A stretch of 64,000 nucleotides of DNA, taken from assembly GCA_963835065.1 (NCBI GenBank), contig CAWIEK010000003.1:96001-160000 (forward strand), read 5' to 3'. Of the stretch, positions 53,355-62,579 are shown in pieces (position 1 is the first letter of the stretch; every line of letters starts with the position of its first letter). Source of the DNA: an uncultured Chthonomonadaceae bacterium. Lineage in GTDB: Bacteria; Armatimonadota; Chthonomonadetes; Chthonomonadales; Chthonomonadaceae. The notes under the pieces are model-generated. The model was not told the DNA's origin. It saw only the letters and a program-made list of their open reading frames with translations, and did no database searches. Both the position numbers and the translations under genes were made by a program.

Positions 53355-53528
53355 AGCCCGCGAAAGGCACAAGCCGCAAGTTTGCACAGTCCGATTTGCG
53401 ATAAGATTCCGCGCCGGTTCTTTGCTGATATGTGGACTGCTGTGATATACTAATCCTATAATTTTTGTGTCGGAGGCTAGACTCATGGCTGTTGTAGAGA
53501 TTGAACCGAAAATTTTTTCTGTGGACCA

Positions 53529-55520
53529 ATGATGAGACTACTGGAAAGCGGGCTGGCGCAGGCGAAAGCGTGGTATGCGGCGCAGGCGCTCAGTTCGGAC
53601 AGCGAAGCAGAGCGAAAGCGAGCCATGCAGACGCTGCGCGAATTAGGCGCGGCCAGCCTGCCGTCCCTCCACGCCACCATTCGCCGCACGGGAGCGCCCC
53701 GCGCCCAATTCAGCGCGGCGGTGGTGCTGCACTGGCTTGGCAATCCCCTGGGGATCAGCGTTCTCCTGGACGGCTTGAAGTGGCAGTTGCCTTCCGAGCC
53801 TCAACTGGCGCGCGACCTTGAAGCCTGCTTTATTCAAATCGGCTCGCCGGACGCGCCCGCCGCCCTCATTCCCGTGTGGAAGCAATTGCTGACGACCAAA
53901 GACAACAAGCGCGTCCGCAAAACCATTTGCCGCGTTTGGGCCGCCTGCAAAGACCCCCGCGTACTGACGGTTCTGGCCGATACCGCGCTGGAACACGCGG
54001 AATTGTTCGAGGAAACCGTTCCCAAATTCGGCGAGGCCGCGCTGGATATGCTGGCGCAAATGCTCCTTGATCCCCTGCCCGCAAAACGCAGCCTTGCCGT
54101 CCGTACCGCGCGCCATATTCCTTCGCCGGATACCACAATGCTGCTGTTCCCCCTGCTGCGCGACCCCGACCACAGCGTTCGCGCCCTGATTCCGCACACG
54201 CTGGTGGGATTGGGGCGGCAGTACACCGGCAATCTGGACATTTACACCCCTATGCTGAACGCCCTGGAAGCCGGGTACAGCACGCCGCAGGCGATTGCCA
54301 TTCTGCTGAACCGTTTTCCGCTTCCTTACGATGCTCTGCTCCGCCTGGTACTGCGCTGGAATGGACAGCAGGAATCATCGGGAGATACGCTGGAAGCGGT
54401 TTTGACGGCACTGCCCGCGCTGGGCAACATGCCCCTGTACAGCATGGGCGCGCGCAGTGAACTCCAACAGCAGCTTTGCGGCGTACTTGCCCGCCGTCCC
54501 GAACCCGCCCTGATCGTCGGCATTGCGCGCATTCTCGCCATGCACGGACGCGGGCCGGAATACACCGGCGCGCAGACACGGACGGTTTTGCTTTCCCTGC
54601 TGCCGCACCCGGACGCCGAAGTTCGCATCCAGATGGGACACACGCTTGCCGTTTTTGAGGATCAGGTCGGCAAACAGATGCAGCAATTGGTGGAAGCGGC
54701 CTGGCCGCAGCCCAACCTGCGCGGCAAATTTCAATCCCTCCTGCGTGGTGGTTCTGATGCCACACAGGTCGCCAATCAGGCAATGCAGTGGTTCACAAAA
54801 TTCTCCAAAGACACGATGGAGCGCTGGAACGCCCCTCACTCCGGCAACGGCGACTCGCCTGTCCCGGTCCATGACCCGCGCTGTCCCGATCTGATACGGC
54901 AACTGCTGGACAATTCCCTGTCCGCGCTCCATGCCGGCGCGGGCGATCAGGCCGAAACCACGCGAGACCTGGCGATTGCCTGCATCCGCGCGCTTGTCCG
55001 CATGGACGCTCCCATTGCCCGAACCGCGCGCAGTCAGTTTGTTCGCGCCCTGCTTTCGGCTACCCTGCCGGTCAAACTTGCGCCTGCCAATGCCTATGGA
55101 CACGGCGAGCCTCAGCTTCAGGATGGCAGTGACGATGTGCGCCTTGCGGCAGGGCAGGCGCTGTTGTCCCTTTACGGCGCGGATAGTTTTCCCCTGTTCG
55201 TCGAGGCGATACACGCGCCCCAACTTGCTGTCCGACTGACGGGAATCGCGTTTTTGGGCGAGCTTGGCGAAGTGCGCGGTTTGTCCCTGCTGCAAGCCCT
55301 GGCCGCGCAAAACGATTTACTGGTATCCCCGGCAGCAAGCGCCGCGATTGCCCGCATCCGCCAGCGCAACCCGGAAACCATGACCCTGCTGCGCGCGTCC
55401 ACCCTAAGCGACGGGCGGCCCGAAACCCTGCTGCGCCCGGCTTTGGGGAACATCGCGCCCACGCCGCCCGACTTACTGCTGCGTCCCGCTGAACACCCCG
55501 CGCCATCTTCCCAAACATAA
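53529..55520 (+). CDS. HEAT-repeat protein with C-terminal triple LLR motif
   Basis: Several PBS-lyase/HEAT-like repeats. Tail TLLRAS..TLLRPA..LLLRPA. Confidence 0.8.
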   Translation: MMRLLESGLAQAKAWYAAQALSSDSEAERKRAMQTLRELGAASLPSLHATIRRTGAPRAQFSAAVVLHWLGNPLGISVLLDGLKWQLPSEPQLARDLEACFIQIGSPDAPAALIPVWKQLLTTKDNKRVRKTICRVWAACKDPRVLTVLADTALEHAELFEETVPKFGEAALDMLAQMLLDPLPAKRSLAVRTARHIPSPDTTMLLFPLLRDPDHSVRALIPHTLVGLGRQYTGNLDIYTPMLNALEAGYSTPQAIAILLNRFPLPYDALLRLVLRWNGQQESSGDTLEAVLTALPALGNMPLYSMGARSELQQQLCGVLARRPEPALIVGIARILAMHGRGPEYTGAQTRTVLLSLLPHPDAEVRIQMGHTLAVFEDQVGKQMQQLVEAAWPQPNLRGKFQSLLRGGSDATQVANQAMQWFTKFSKDTMERWNAPHSGNGDSPVPVHDPRCPDLIRQLLDNSLSALHAGAGDQAETTRDLAIACIRALVRMDAPIARTARSQFVRALLSATLPVKLAPANAYGHGEPQLQDGSDDVRLAAGQALLSLYGADSFPLFVEAIHAPQLAVRLTGIAFLGELGEVRGLSLLQALAAQNDLLVSPAASAAIARIRQRNPETMTLLRASTLSDGRPETLLRPALGNIAPTPPDLLLRPAEHPAPSSQT

Positions 55521-55547
55521 ACAGGCTATAAGGAAGCCGCAAAATCT

Positions 55548-56552
55548 ATGTTGCCGTCCCGTTTTCAACATGCCGCGCCCAATTCCCTGCGTTCCCGCTT
55601 CCACGCCTGCCGCCTGCGCGTTCAGAACGGCTGGCAGTGGCGGCGGCAAATCGCGCATCTTGGCAGCGCAAACCACGCTGAGTACGCAAGCGCGGCGGAA
55701 TGGCTGTTGGCGCGGCACGAACCGGCGCGGCCTCAACTGCACCGCGCGCTCAGAGCGGCTTCCCCGGTTGCCTGCGGCGCGGCAGGGGTATTGCATCAGC
55801 TTGGCGATTCGCAGGGGGTGCGCTATATATTGCTGCGCGCCTATCAGGATGAGTGGTTTACCCACTATCCCGCACAGGACATTTCGGCGTCAGCGCATCA
55901 TCTCGAACAGCGCATCGGAGCAGAGCCAATACGGCAGGTGATATGGCAGGCGCTTGAAGACGCTTGCTACGCTCCCAACGCGCAAGCCTGCCTGCAAACC
56001 CTGACGATTGCCCTGAGCGGGCTGCGCGCCCTGAACGTAATCGCTTCCCATTCTGAAGCGCCTTCCAATAGCAAGAACGACACTTCCTTCTGGATGCAGG
56101 CATTTCTTTTTGGGACTGCCCAATTGCCTCCTTACAAGCAGGCGATCACCTCCATGCCCCTGCTTGCCAACATGACCGGCTGGATTCGCGCCGAAGCCAT
56201 GCGCGGACTATTGCGCGAACATTCTGCGGATATATGCCTGCCAGTTTTCTCGGACGCGCTGCAAGCGGAGGATCAATCCGTCGTCCGCAGCGCCATTATC
56301 GCGCTGCAATGCCTGGGGAATCCCCGCGCTGTTCCCGCGCTGGAAACCCTTGCGTTCACAACCGGGCATCCGCTTTCCCTGCCGGCCCGCCGCGCCATCG
56401 AGCGCCTTGCCGGGACACAAGCCGAAGTTCTCACGCTGGTACGCGCCTCCCGCGAAGACGTAGAAGCCGAAGAACTGCTCCGAGCCGCCCATCCCACGCG
56501 CCCCGAAGCGGCGGAAGGGGAACGGGAAACGCTGCTGCATGTGAGGCATTAG
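55548..56552 (+). CDS. HEAT-repeat protein with C-terminal triple LLR motif
   Basis: VVRSAIIALQCLGNPRAVPAL. Tail TLVRAS..ELLRAA..TLLHV. Confidence 0.8.
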   Translation: MLPSRFQHAAPNSLRSRFHACRLRVQNGWQWRRQIAHLGSANHAEYASAAEWLLARHEPARPQLHRALRAASPVACGAAGVLHQLGDSQGVRYILLRAYQDEWFTHYPAQDISASAHHLEQRIGAEPIRQVIWQALEDACYAPNAQACLQTLTIALSGLRALNVIASHSEAPSNSKNDTSFWMQAFLFGTAQLPPYKQAITSMPLLANMTGWIRAEAMRGLLREHSADICLPVFSDALQAEDQSVVRSAIIALQCLGNPRAVPALETLAFTTGHPLSLPARRAIERLAGTQAEVLTLVRASREDVEAEELLRAAHPTRPEAAEGERETLLHVRH

Positions 56553-56634
56553 GCATCAGGCATTAGATACAAGAGAGAAGAGAGAAGACAGAAGGTACTT
56601 GTTCCTAATGCCTGATGCCTAATGCCTGATGCCT
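56545..56634. repeat. Inverted heptamer array (GGCAT[T/C]A)
   Basis: ggcattaggcatcaggcattag ... cctaatgcctgatgcctaatgcctgatgcc. Confidence 0.85.
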
Positions 56635-56651
56635 ACTCAGGAGGTGCTTTT

Positions 56652-57701
56652 CTGCGCGAACTTGTAGAAGATACAATGGATTGGCTGACGGCGCGCTGCG
56701 GCCTGCCGGTTATGGAGCGGGGGCCGCGCCATCTGCGGGCGGCGGTTCGCCATCTGGACAGCCCAAATAATGCCCGCCGCTTGCGCGCCGAAACGGAATT
56801 GCAGGCGGCGCTTCCCGGTCATGCCCGCTCCCTGCTGCATCGCGCGGCGCGTTCCGGGGGGCGCAGCCGCGCCATCCGCGCAACCTTGCTGCTGACGCAA
56901 ATGCAGGATCGGCAGGGGCGCGAACTGCTGCACCAGTTGATACAGGAACCAGGGCTGCGGCAGGGAGAACAGGGCGAAAACTTGCGCCATGCCGCCCGAT
57001 TATTGCTCACGCCCGAACGCTACGCGCAGCAGGCGCGGGGCGCGCTGGCCCTGTTGGAACAGCGCCCGGAAAGCTGCCGGGCGATTGCGCTGTTTCGGCA
57101 GGCGACCGAAATACTGCGCTTCATGCGCGCGCCACTGCCCTCGGACATTTTGGATCGCGCGCTCGTCGTTCGCACGGTCGGGGGCGAAAACCTGAGCATG
57201 GCGCGGGCTGCCCTGCGCGGAACCCTGGGCGTAGACGTGGAGCATATCTGCCTGATTCGCAAGGAGGCCGTTCTGATGCTTCTCCACGCGCCCGACCATT
57301 CTTATGCCCTGAAACGCCTGCTGCGCGCCGCCGCGTATCCCAACCCTGCCGTGCAGTTGACCGCTCTGTTCGGACTGGCGGAACTCAACGATCCGCGCGG
57401 CGTTGACGTTGCGCTGCCTATCGCGCAGGATGATTCCAGTCCCATTCAGGAGGATGCGCGGGAAGTTTTGGCGCGGCTGAACCGACTCGCCTCCGCCCCG
57501 CTCACGCTCCTCCGGGCTTCCGAGCGGCAGCCGGAACCCGCAAAGGAACTGCTGCGCTCCACGCGCCCCTTTTCAGATGATTACGACGCCCTGTTGCGCT
57601 CCTCTCCTCATTTGCAGACGCCGGGTAAACCGAATGAAGGTAGGAATCAACAGAAAACAGGCGCAAACAGCCCTGAACAGCAGCAAATCAACGGCAACTG
57701 A
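56652..57701 (+). CDS. HEAT-repeat protein with C-terminal triple LLR motif (probable CTG start; next ATG 56676)
   Basis: AGGAGG 7 nt before CTG. VQLTALFGLAELNDPRG. Tail TLLRAS..ELLRST..ALLRSS. Confidence 0.78.
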   Translation: MRELVEDTMDWLTARCGLPVMERGPRHLRAAVRHLDSPNNARRLRAETELQAALPGHARSLLHRAARSGGRSRAIRATLLLTQMQDRQGRELLHQLIQEPGLRQGEQGENLRHAARLLLTPERYAQQARGALALLEQRPESCRAIALFRQATEILRFMRAPLPSDILDRALVVRTVGGENLSMARAALRGTLGVDVEHICLIRKEAVLMLLHAPDHSYALKRLLRAAAYPNPAVQLTALFGLAELNDPRGVDVALPIAQDDSSPIQEDAREVLARLNRLASAPLTLLRASERQPEPAKELLRSTRPFSDDYDALLRSSPHLQTPGKPNEGRNQQKTGANSPEQQQINGN

Positions 57702-57745
57702 AAATCAAGCAGGAAATTGAGGAACGCAGGAGCAAATAACCTTTC

Positions 57746-58705
57746 ATGCTTTCGGACACTTTTGGACGCTATTATTCCCTGTACCGAGTTCACCGCGCCA
57801 TTCGCCTGCTCAACGACCCGCGCCTTCCCCTGCGCGCGGACGCGAAAGAGCAGCTGCGGAGCGCGCGTTCGCTGAGCGTGAAACCTTTGCGGCAGGTCGC
57901 CTTTCGACAGCGCTCCCTGCTCGCCATCCATGCGGCGGAACTGCTCATCGAAATGGACGACGCGCAGGGATTGTACGCCCTGCTTGCGCAATACTCCGAC
58001 CGCTATCTGGCATCGTGGCATGGGCAGCATCTGCGCATGATTTTGGGGCGCGTGGGCAGCGAGCGGATTCTGCGCGTTCTGGAAGCCTCCCTGGACTGGA
58101 TGGAAACTTCGCCCCTGCTGCGCGAACACTGGTGTCTGTCGCTGTCCGTGTATGCCCTTCATGCGCTCGAAGCCCTGCGCGCCCGCGTCCCTTTTTCGCT
58201 GTGGCGGCGCGCGCTGTCCGCGTACTCGCCGGGTTTTGAGGATTTGCGCGCGTGCCGCGCAGTGGTTTCCATGAATGAGATTCTGGGCAGTTCCGCATCC
58301 GCGCATGACGACAACTGGCGCGTCGGTTCCACGCTTGCCGCCGTGCGCCGGGTTGCCATAGACGCCCTGCTCACCTTAGACCGCGCCCATGCGTTCGACC
58401 TGCTGCGCGACGCGCTGGCCCACTCTGCCCCGGAAGTGCAATTAACCGCGCTGTACGGCCTGGCGCACCTGCGCGACCCGCGCGCTTACGTGCTGCTTCA
58501 ACCTATCGCCGCGGATCGCCGCCATCCCCTGGCGCGGGATGCCCGCCGCGTCATCGAATCTTTCGGTTCGCGCCAGCCGGACGCGCTGACCCTGGTTCGC
58601 GCCGCCGCGCCGCAGGAAATCCGTCCGAACGAACTCTTGCGTCCCACCACGCCCGTAACCGACGCCGACCCGGATACGCTGCTAAGAGTAGTCAGTAGTC
58701 AGTAG
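57746..58705 (+). CDS. HEAT-repeat protein with C-terminal triple LLR motif
   Basis: VQLTALYGLAHLRDPRA. Tail TLVRAA..ELLRPT..TLLRVV. Confidence 0.8.
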   Translation: MLSDTFGRYYSLYRVHRAIRLLNDPRLPLRADAKEQLRSARSLSVKPLRQVAFRQRSLLAIHAAELLIEMDDAQGLYALLAQYSDRYLASWHGQHLRMILGRVGSERILRVLEASLDWMETSPLLREHWCLSLSVYALHALEALRARVPFSLWRRALSAYSPGFEDLRACRAVVSMNEILGSSASAHDDNWRVGSTLAAVRRVAIDALLTLDRAHAFDLLRDALAHSAPEVQLTALYGLAHLRDPRAYVLLQPIAADRRHPLARDARRVIESFGSRQPDALTLVRAAAPQEIRPNELLRPTTPVTDADPDTLLRVVSSQ

Positions 58706-58806
58706 TCAGTAGAGGAACGCGCTCTGAAATTTTATACTGCGCCGCGCCTCTCAGGTAAACAGGCATTTACTGACTACTGACTACTGACTACTGACTACTG
58801 ACTACT
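58688..58806. repeat. Inverted heptamer array (GTAGTCA) supplying the upstream stop codon
   Basis: gtagtca x3 ... tgactac x5. Confidence 0.9.
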
Positions 58807-58820
58807 TCAAGGAGACTGAT

Positions 58821-59630
58821 TTGCCCTACCCTTTGTGCGCGATTGATATGGACGATACCCTGCTCGATCCGAACCACGAGATTACGCCCCTGAGCGCGGA
58901 GGCAATACAGAAAACGCGCGCATTGGGTGTGACCGTCGTTGTCGCGTCGGGACGGATGCATGCGGCCACGCGGCGCTATACGCAGCAGTTGCAACTGGAT
59001 ACGCCCGTGATTTCCTACAATGGCGCGATGGTGAAGAATGCGGCAACCGGGGAAGTGTGGCTGGAAGAACACGTTGAGGCTGATTTAGCCGCCGAGATAC
59101 GGCAGTTTGCGCGGGAAAACGATCTACAGCTGAACTACTATCTGCGCGACATTTTGTATTCTGCCGCGCAAACGCAATGGCTTGACCTGTATCAATCCCG
59201 AACCGGAGCGCCCATCGAAATTTTGCCGGATTTTGAAACCCGCTTGCAGGGCACGACGCCGACAAAACTCGTGTTCGTGGACTCGCCCGAACGAATTGCC
59301 GGATTGCTCAAGCCGATGCAGGAACGTTTCGGGCAGAAGTCTTACGTGACGCGCAGCAACGACGAATACCTGGAATTCATGCCGCCCAACGCGGACAAGG
59401 GCAAGGCGCTGGCATTGGTGGCCTCGAAATTGGGCGTCACCGCCGCGCAGACAGTCGCTTTTGGGGATAGCTGGAACGACATTCCCATGTTAAAGTGGGC
59501 CGGCAAAAGCTGCGCGGTCGCCAATGCCAAACCTGAAGTGCGCAGCATCGCGGGGGAAACCATCGGCAGCAACAAGGAAGACGGCGTAGCCCACGCCCTC
59601 GCCGCCATCTACGGCTTCACCCTATCCTAA
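58821..59630 (+). CDS. Cof-type HAD-IIB hydrolase
   Basis: AIDMDDTLL, ASGR, YNGA, DKG, FGDSWNDIPM. Confidence 0.92.
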   Translation: MPYPLCAIDMDDTLLDPNHEITPLSAEAIQKTRALGVTVVVASGRMHAATRRYTQQLQLDTPVISYNGAMVKNAATGEVWLEEHVEADLAAEIRQFARENDLQLNYYLRDILYSAAQTQWLDLYQSRTGAPIEILPDFETRLQGTTPTKLVFVDSPERIAGLLKPMQERFGQKSYVTRSNDEYLEFMPPNADKGKALALVASKLGVTAAQTVAFGDSWNDIPMLKWAGKSCAVANAKPEVRSIAGETIGSNKEDGVAHALAAIYGFTLS

Positions 59631-59657
59631 ACTGCCCCCATGCGCCTTACATGAAAA

Positions 59658-59707
59658 GCCCCTCTCCTAGCGAGGAACGAGCGGCCAGGAGAGGGGTTGG
59701 GGTGAGG
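59658..59707. repeat. CCCCTCTCC...GGAGAGGGGTTGGGGTGAGG REP-like palindrome
   Basis: Direct reading. Confidence 0.75.
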
Positions 59708-59729
59708 TATTCCTACAGGAGCAACAACC

Positions 59730-60560
59730 ATGTCACTATTGAAGCCGTTGGACGGCAGTAAGAAAGTACAGTTGAAGGATATAGACCCCGCTGATACGGG
59801 CGGGTTGGGGAAGGAAGACGGCAAAAAACACGCCGCAGAACTGCTGAACGAACTCAGCGAACTGCAAACCCTGCTGTATGCCGCGCAGGAAACGCCCTTG
59901 CTGATCGTGCTGCAAGGCATGGACACGGCGGGCAAGGATGGCGCGATACGCAGCCTGTCCATTGCGATGAACCCGCAAAGCTGCCGCGTGGCGACGTTCA
60001 AAGTGCCCACGCCCTCCGAATCCGCGCACGATTTTTTGTGGCGCGTCCATGCCGAAACGCCCGGTAAGGGAAGCGTGACGATCTTCAACCGCTCCCATTA
60101 CGAGGATGTGCTTGTCGTGCGCGTTCATAACCTGGTTCCCAAAAGCGCCTGGGAGAAACGCTACGATGACATCAACAACTTCGAGCGCCTGCTGACCGAC
60201 AACGGCGCGATTATTCGCAAGTTCTTCCTGCACATCAGCAAGGACGAGCAGGAACAACGCCTGCTGGCCCGCGAACAGGACCCGACGAAATCCTGGAAAC
60301 TGTCCACCTCGGATTGGAAAGAGCGCGAACTGTGGGACAACTATCAGGAAGCGTATAAGGATGCGCTGAACCGCTGCGCCACGCCGGATGCGCCCTGGTA
60401 CGTGGTTCCCGCTAACCACAAGTGGTTCCGGGATGTGGCGATTGCCGAATGTCTCGTGGAAACCCTGCGCCCCCTGCGCGACAGCTGGATGAAAGCGCTC
60501 AAAGCGCGGGGCGCGGAGGAATTACAGCAATTGCGCGCGATGCGCCAACAGCACTCCTGA
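59730..60560 (+). CDS. ppk2: PPK2-family polyphosphate kinase
   Basis: LQGMDTAGKDG, HDFLWR, FNRSHYEDV, PWYVVPANHKW. Confidence 0.93.
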   Translation: MSLLKPLDGSKKVQLKDIDPADTGGLGKEDGKKHAAELLNELSELQTLLYAAQETPLLIVLQGMDTAGKDGAIRSLSIAMNPQSCRVATFKVPTPSESAHDFLWRVHAETPGKGSVTIFNRSHYEDVLVVRVHNLVPKSAWEKRYDDINNFERLLTDNGAIIRKFFLHISKDEQEQRLLAREQDPTKSWKLSTSDWKERELWDNYQEAYKDALNRCATPDAPWYVVPANHKWFRDVAIAECLVETLRPLRDSWMKALKARGAEELQQLRAMRQQHS

Positions 60561-60690
60561 AAAGTGGAGAGTGAAAGTGGAGAGTGAGAGTTGAGAAGTT
60601 TTTGGTAACGCAAGCCAAAAATGTCTAACTGGCATGAATCTTGCAGTATTATATTTCAGGCAAATTTCGTTTCAGGAGTTATTTTTAATT

Positions 60691-61728
60691 ATGCAAGCAA
60701 CACCTCTATCCAGTCAGGAGACGCTTCCCCCTTCTGCTGAAAACGAGGCGGCGAAAGTTCCGCAAGCCGCCCGCGCGGTTCCCCCTTCGCCTGTGCGCCG
60801 TTCCCTGCTGCCCGGACTGCTCAAAGGTTCGGCGCTGTTCCTGCTGGGCGTGGGCGCGGCGCTGGCGTATGGGCGTCTGCGTCCCGGTTCCACGTTGCTT
60901 ACTGTCAACGGCGTTGCTATCAGCAGCGCGGAATTTCAGCATCGGTGCGAAGTGGCGGCGGGCGGGCAGGTGATGCGGCAGATGGTGCTGGACGAATTGC
61001 AATTGCAGTTCGCCAAAAAGCAGGGCGTGATGCCCTCACAGGCGGCAATTGACGAGAAATACGCGCAGGCTTCCAAACAGGACGGGTTTGCCAAGATGCT
61101 GGAAGACAGCCATCAGACGCCCGAAGATATCAAGCGCGGCATTGCCGTCAATCTGGCGCAGGCCGCCACCATCAATAAGAACGTCAGCGTGACCGAAGCC
61201 GACGCGCAGGCGTTTTACAAGCAAAACACCGACCCGCGCAATCCCAACGCCCGCTATTATCGCCCGGAAGCCATTCAAATCGCGGCCATCATCAGCGACA
61301 ATGACAGCGATATCAAAAGCGCCCTGCACGACCTTGCCAGCGGGCAATCGTTCGCGGCAGTGGCGCAAAAATACAGCAAGGACGCCAGCAAGCAAAACAA
61401 CGGCCTGCTGCCCGCCATTCGGCGCGGAGCCACCGATCCGAAGAAGTTCCCCGGCATGGAGCAAACGCTGTTCAAACTCAAGCCCGGCCAGCAGATTGAC
61501 GACATCAAGCTCGCCAACGCCTTCTGGCTGATCCGCTGCATCAACCACCAGACCGAAACCACCATTCCCTACGAACAGGTGAAAGCCGAGTGCCTCACGG
61601 GGGCCAGCCTCGCCAAAGGGCTGCAAACCAACGGCCAGGCGCTCCAGGCCGATTATGCCGCATTCCAGAAAAGCGCCGACATCAAACCCATTGATCCCGC
61701 CTACAAAAACCTGAATATTGTAAAGTAA
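60691..61728 (+). CDS. Membrane-anchored PpiC/SurA-like peptidyl-prolyl isomerase (foldase)
   Basis: TM, VNGVAIS, FAAVAQKYSKDASKQNNGLL. Confidence 0.8.
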   Translation: MQATPLSSQETLPPSAENEAAKVPQAARAVPPSPVRRSLLPGLLKGSALFLLGVGAALAYGRLRPGSTLLTVNGVAISSAEFQHRCEVAAGGQVMRQMVLDELQLQFAKKQGVMPSQAAIDEKYAQASKQDGFAKMLEDSHQTPEDIKRGIAVNLAQAATINKNVSVTEADAQAFYKQNTDPRNPNARYYRPEAIQIAAIISDNDSDIKSALHDLASGQSFAAVAQKYSKDASKQNNGLLPAIRRGATDPKKFPGMEQTLFKLKPGQQIDDIKLANAFWLIRCINHQTETTIPYEQVKAECLTGASLAKGLQTNGQALQADYAAFQKSADIKPIDPAYKNLNIVK

Positions 61729-61774
61729 GCCAACGCAGTAGCTGTTGATGTTCGTGCGGTCCACGTTCTTGCGC

Positions 61775-61803
61775 TTGACAATTGCTTGTTTGGCTGGTAA
61801 ACT
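61775..61803 (+). promoter_or_regulatory. sigma70 promoter
   Basis: TTGACA-17 nt-TAAACT. Confidence 0.7.
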
Positions 61804-61879
61804 GTTGTCGCCAAACTTTTTGAGTACCAGCAGGACTGGCATGGATGCACAACGATGTATTATTTATTCGGGAGGAAGT

Positions 61880-62479
61880 ATGACTAAGCGAGGATTTCGG
61901 ATGACCTTGACGCTGCTGTCCGGCAGCCTGCTGCTCGGCGTCAGCGCCCTGATGGGATGTGGCGGCGGGAGCAGCAGCAGCGCAGGCGTACCCAACGGCA
62001 AGGCCACGCGGGCGCAGGTGCTGCGCGGGCGCTACCTGGTGACTTCGATAGGATGTACCGATTGCCACAGCGGCGGCGCGGATCCCAGCAGCGCGAAATG
62101 GCTGGCAGGCTATCAGTCGGGCGCACCCAACAGCGTGTTCACTCTGGGGCCAAACACGGTTTATACCGCCAACATCACGCCCGATGCCACAACGGGTATT
62201 GGAACGTGGACATCAAGGGATATTTTCAATGCCCTGCGCAATGGCAAGGACAAGGAAGGCAAATTCCTTGCGCCCGTCATGCCCTGGACCTCGTTCCGCA
62301 ATCTGACGGACGACGACATCTACTCCATCGCCGCCTATCTTCAAAACCTTCGTGCCGTGACCAATGCCGTTCCCGCCAACACCGGGCCTGGCGGGACGGA
62401 GCCGGACTGGACTCATGCTTACGACGCGCTGACGCCGCTGCCCTCCTACCCGACTGCCAGCGAAAACAATGTGCCGTAA
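61880..62479 (+). CDS. Monoheme cytochrome c lipoprotein
   Basis: GGAGG RBS, LMGC lipobox, RGRYLV..CTDCH, ANITPD..TGIG.W, MPW. Confidence 0.9.
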   Translation: MTKRGFRMTLTLLSGSLLLGVSALMGCGGGSSSSAGVPNGKATRAQVLRGRYLVTSIGCTDCHSGGADPSSAKWLAGYQSGAPNSVFTLGPNTVYTANITPDATTGIGTWTSRDIFNALRNGKDKEGKFLAPVMPWTSFRNLTDDDIYSIAAYLQNLRAVTNAVPANTGPGGTEPDWTHAYDALTPLPSYPTASENNVP

Positions 62480-62525
62480 GCCAGATTTCGGCAGTGGTTT
62501 TCAACCACCGCCGAAAGGTGTTGTG

Positions 62526-62564
62526 TAACAGGAGCCATCCCAAACTACGGGATGGCTCCTGTTA
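62526..62564. terminator. Bidirectional hairpin between convergent genes
   Basis: TAACAGGAGCCATCCC-AAACTAC-GGGATGGCTCCTGTTA. Confidence 0.8.
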
Positions 62565-62579
62565 TGTGGCCGGATACGA

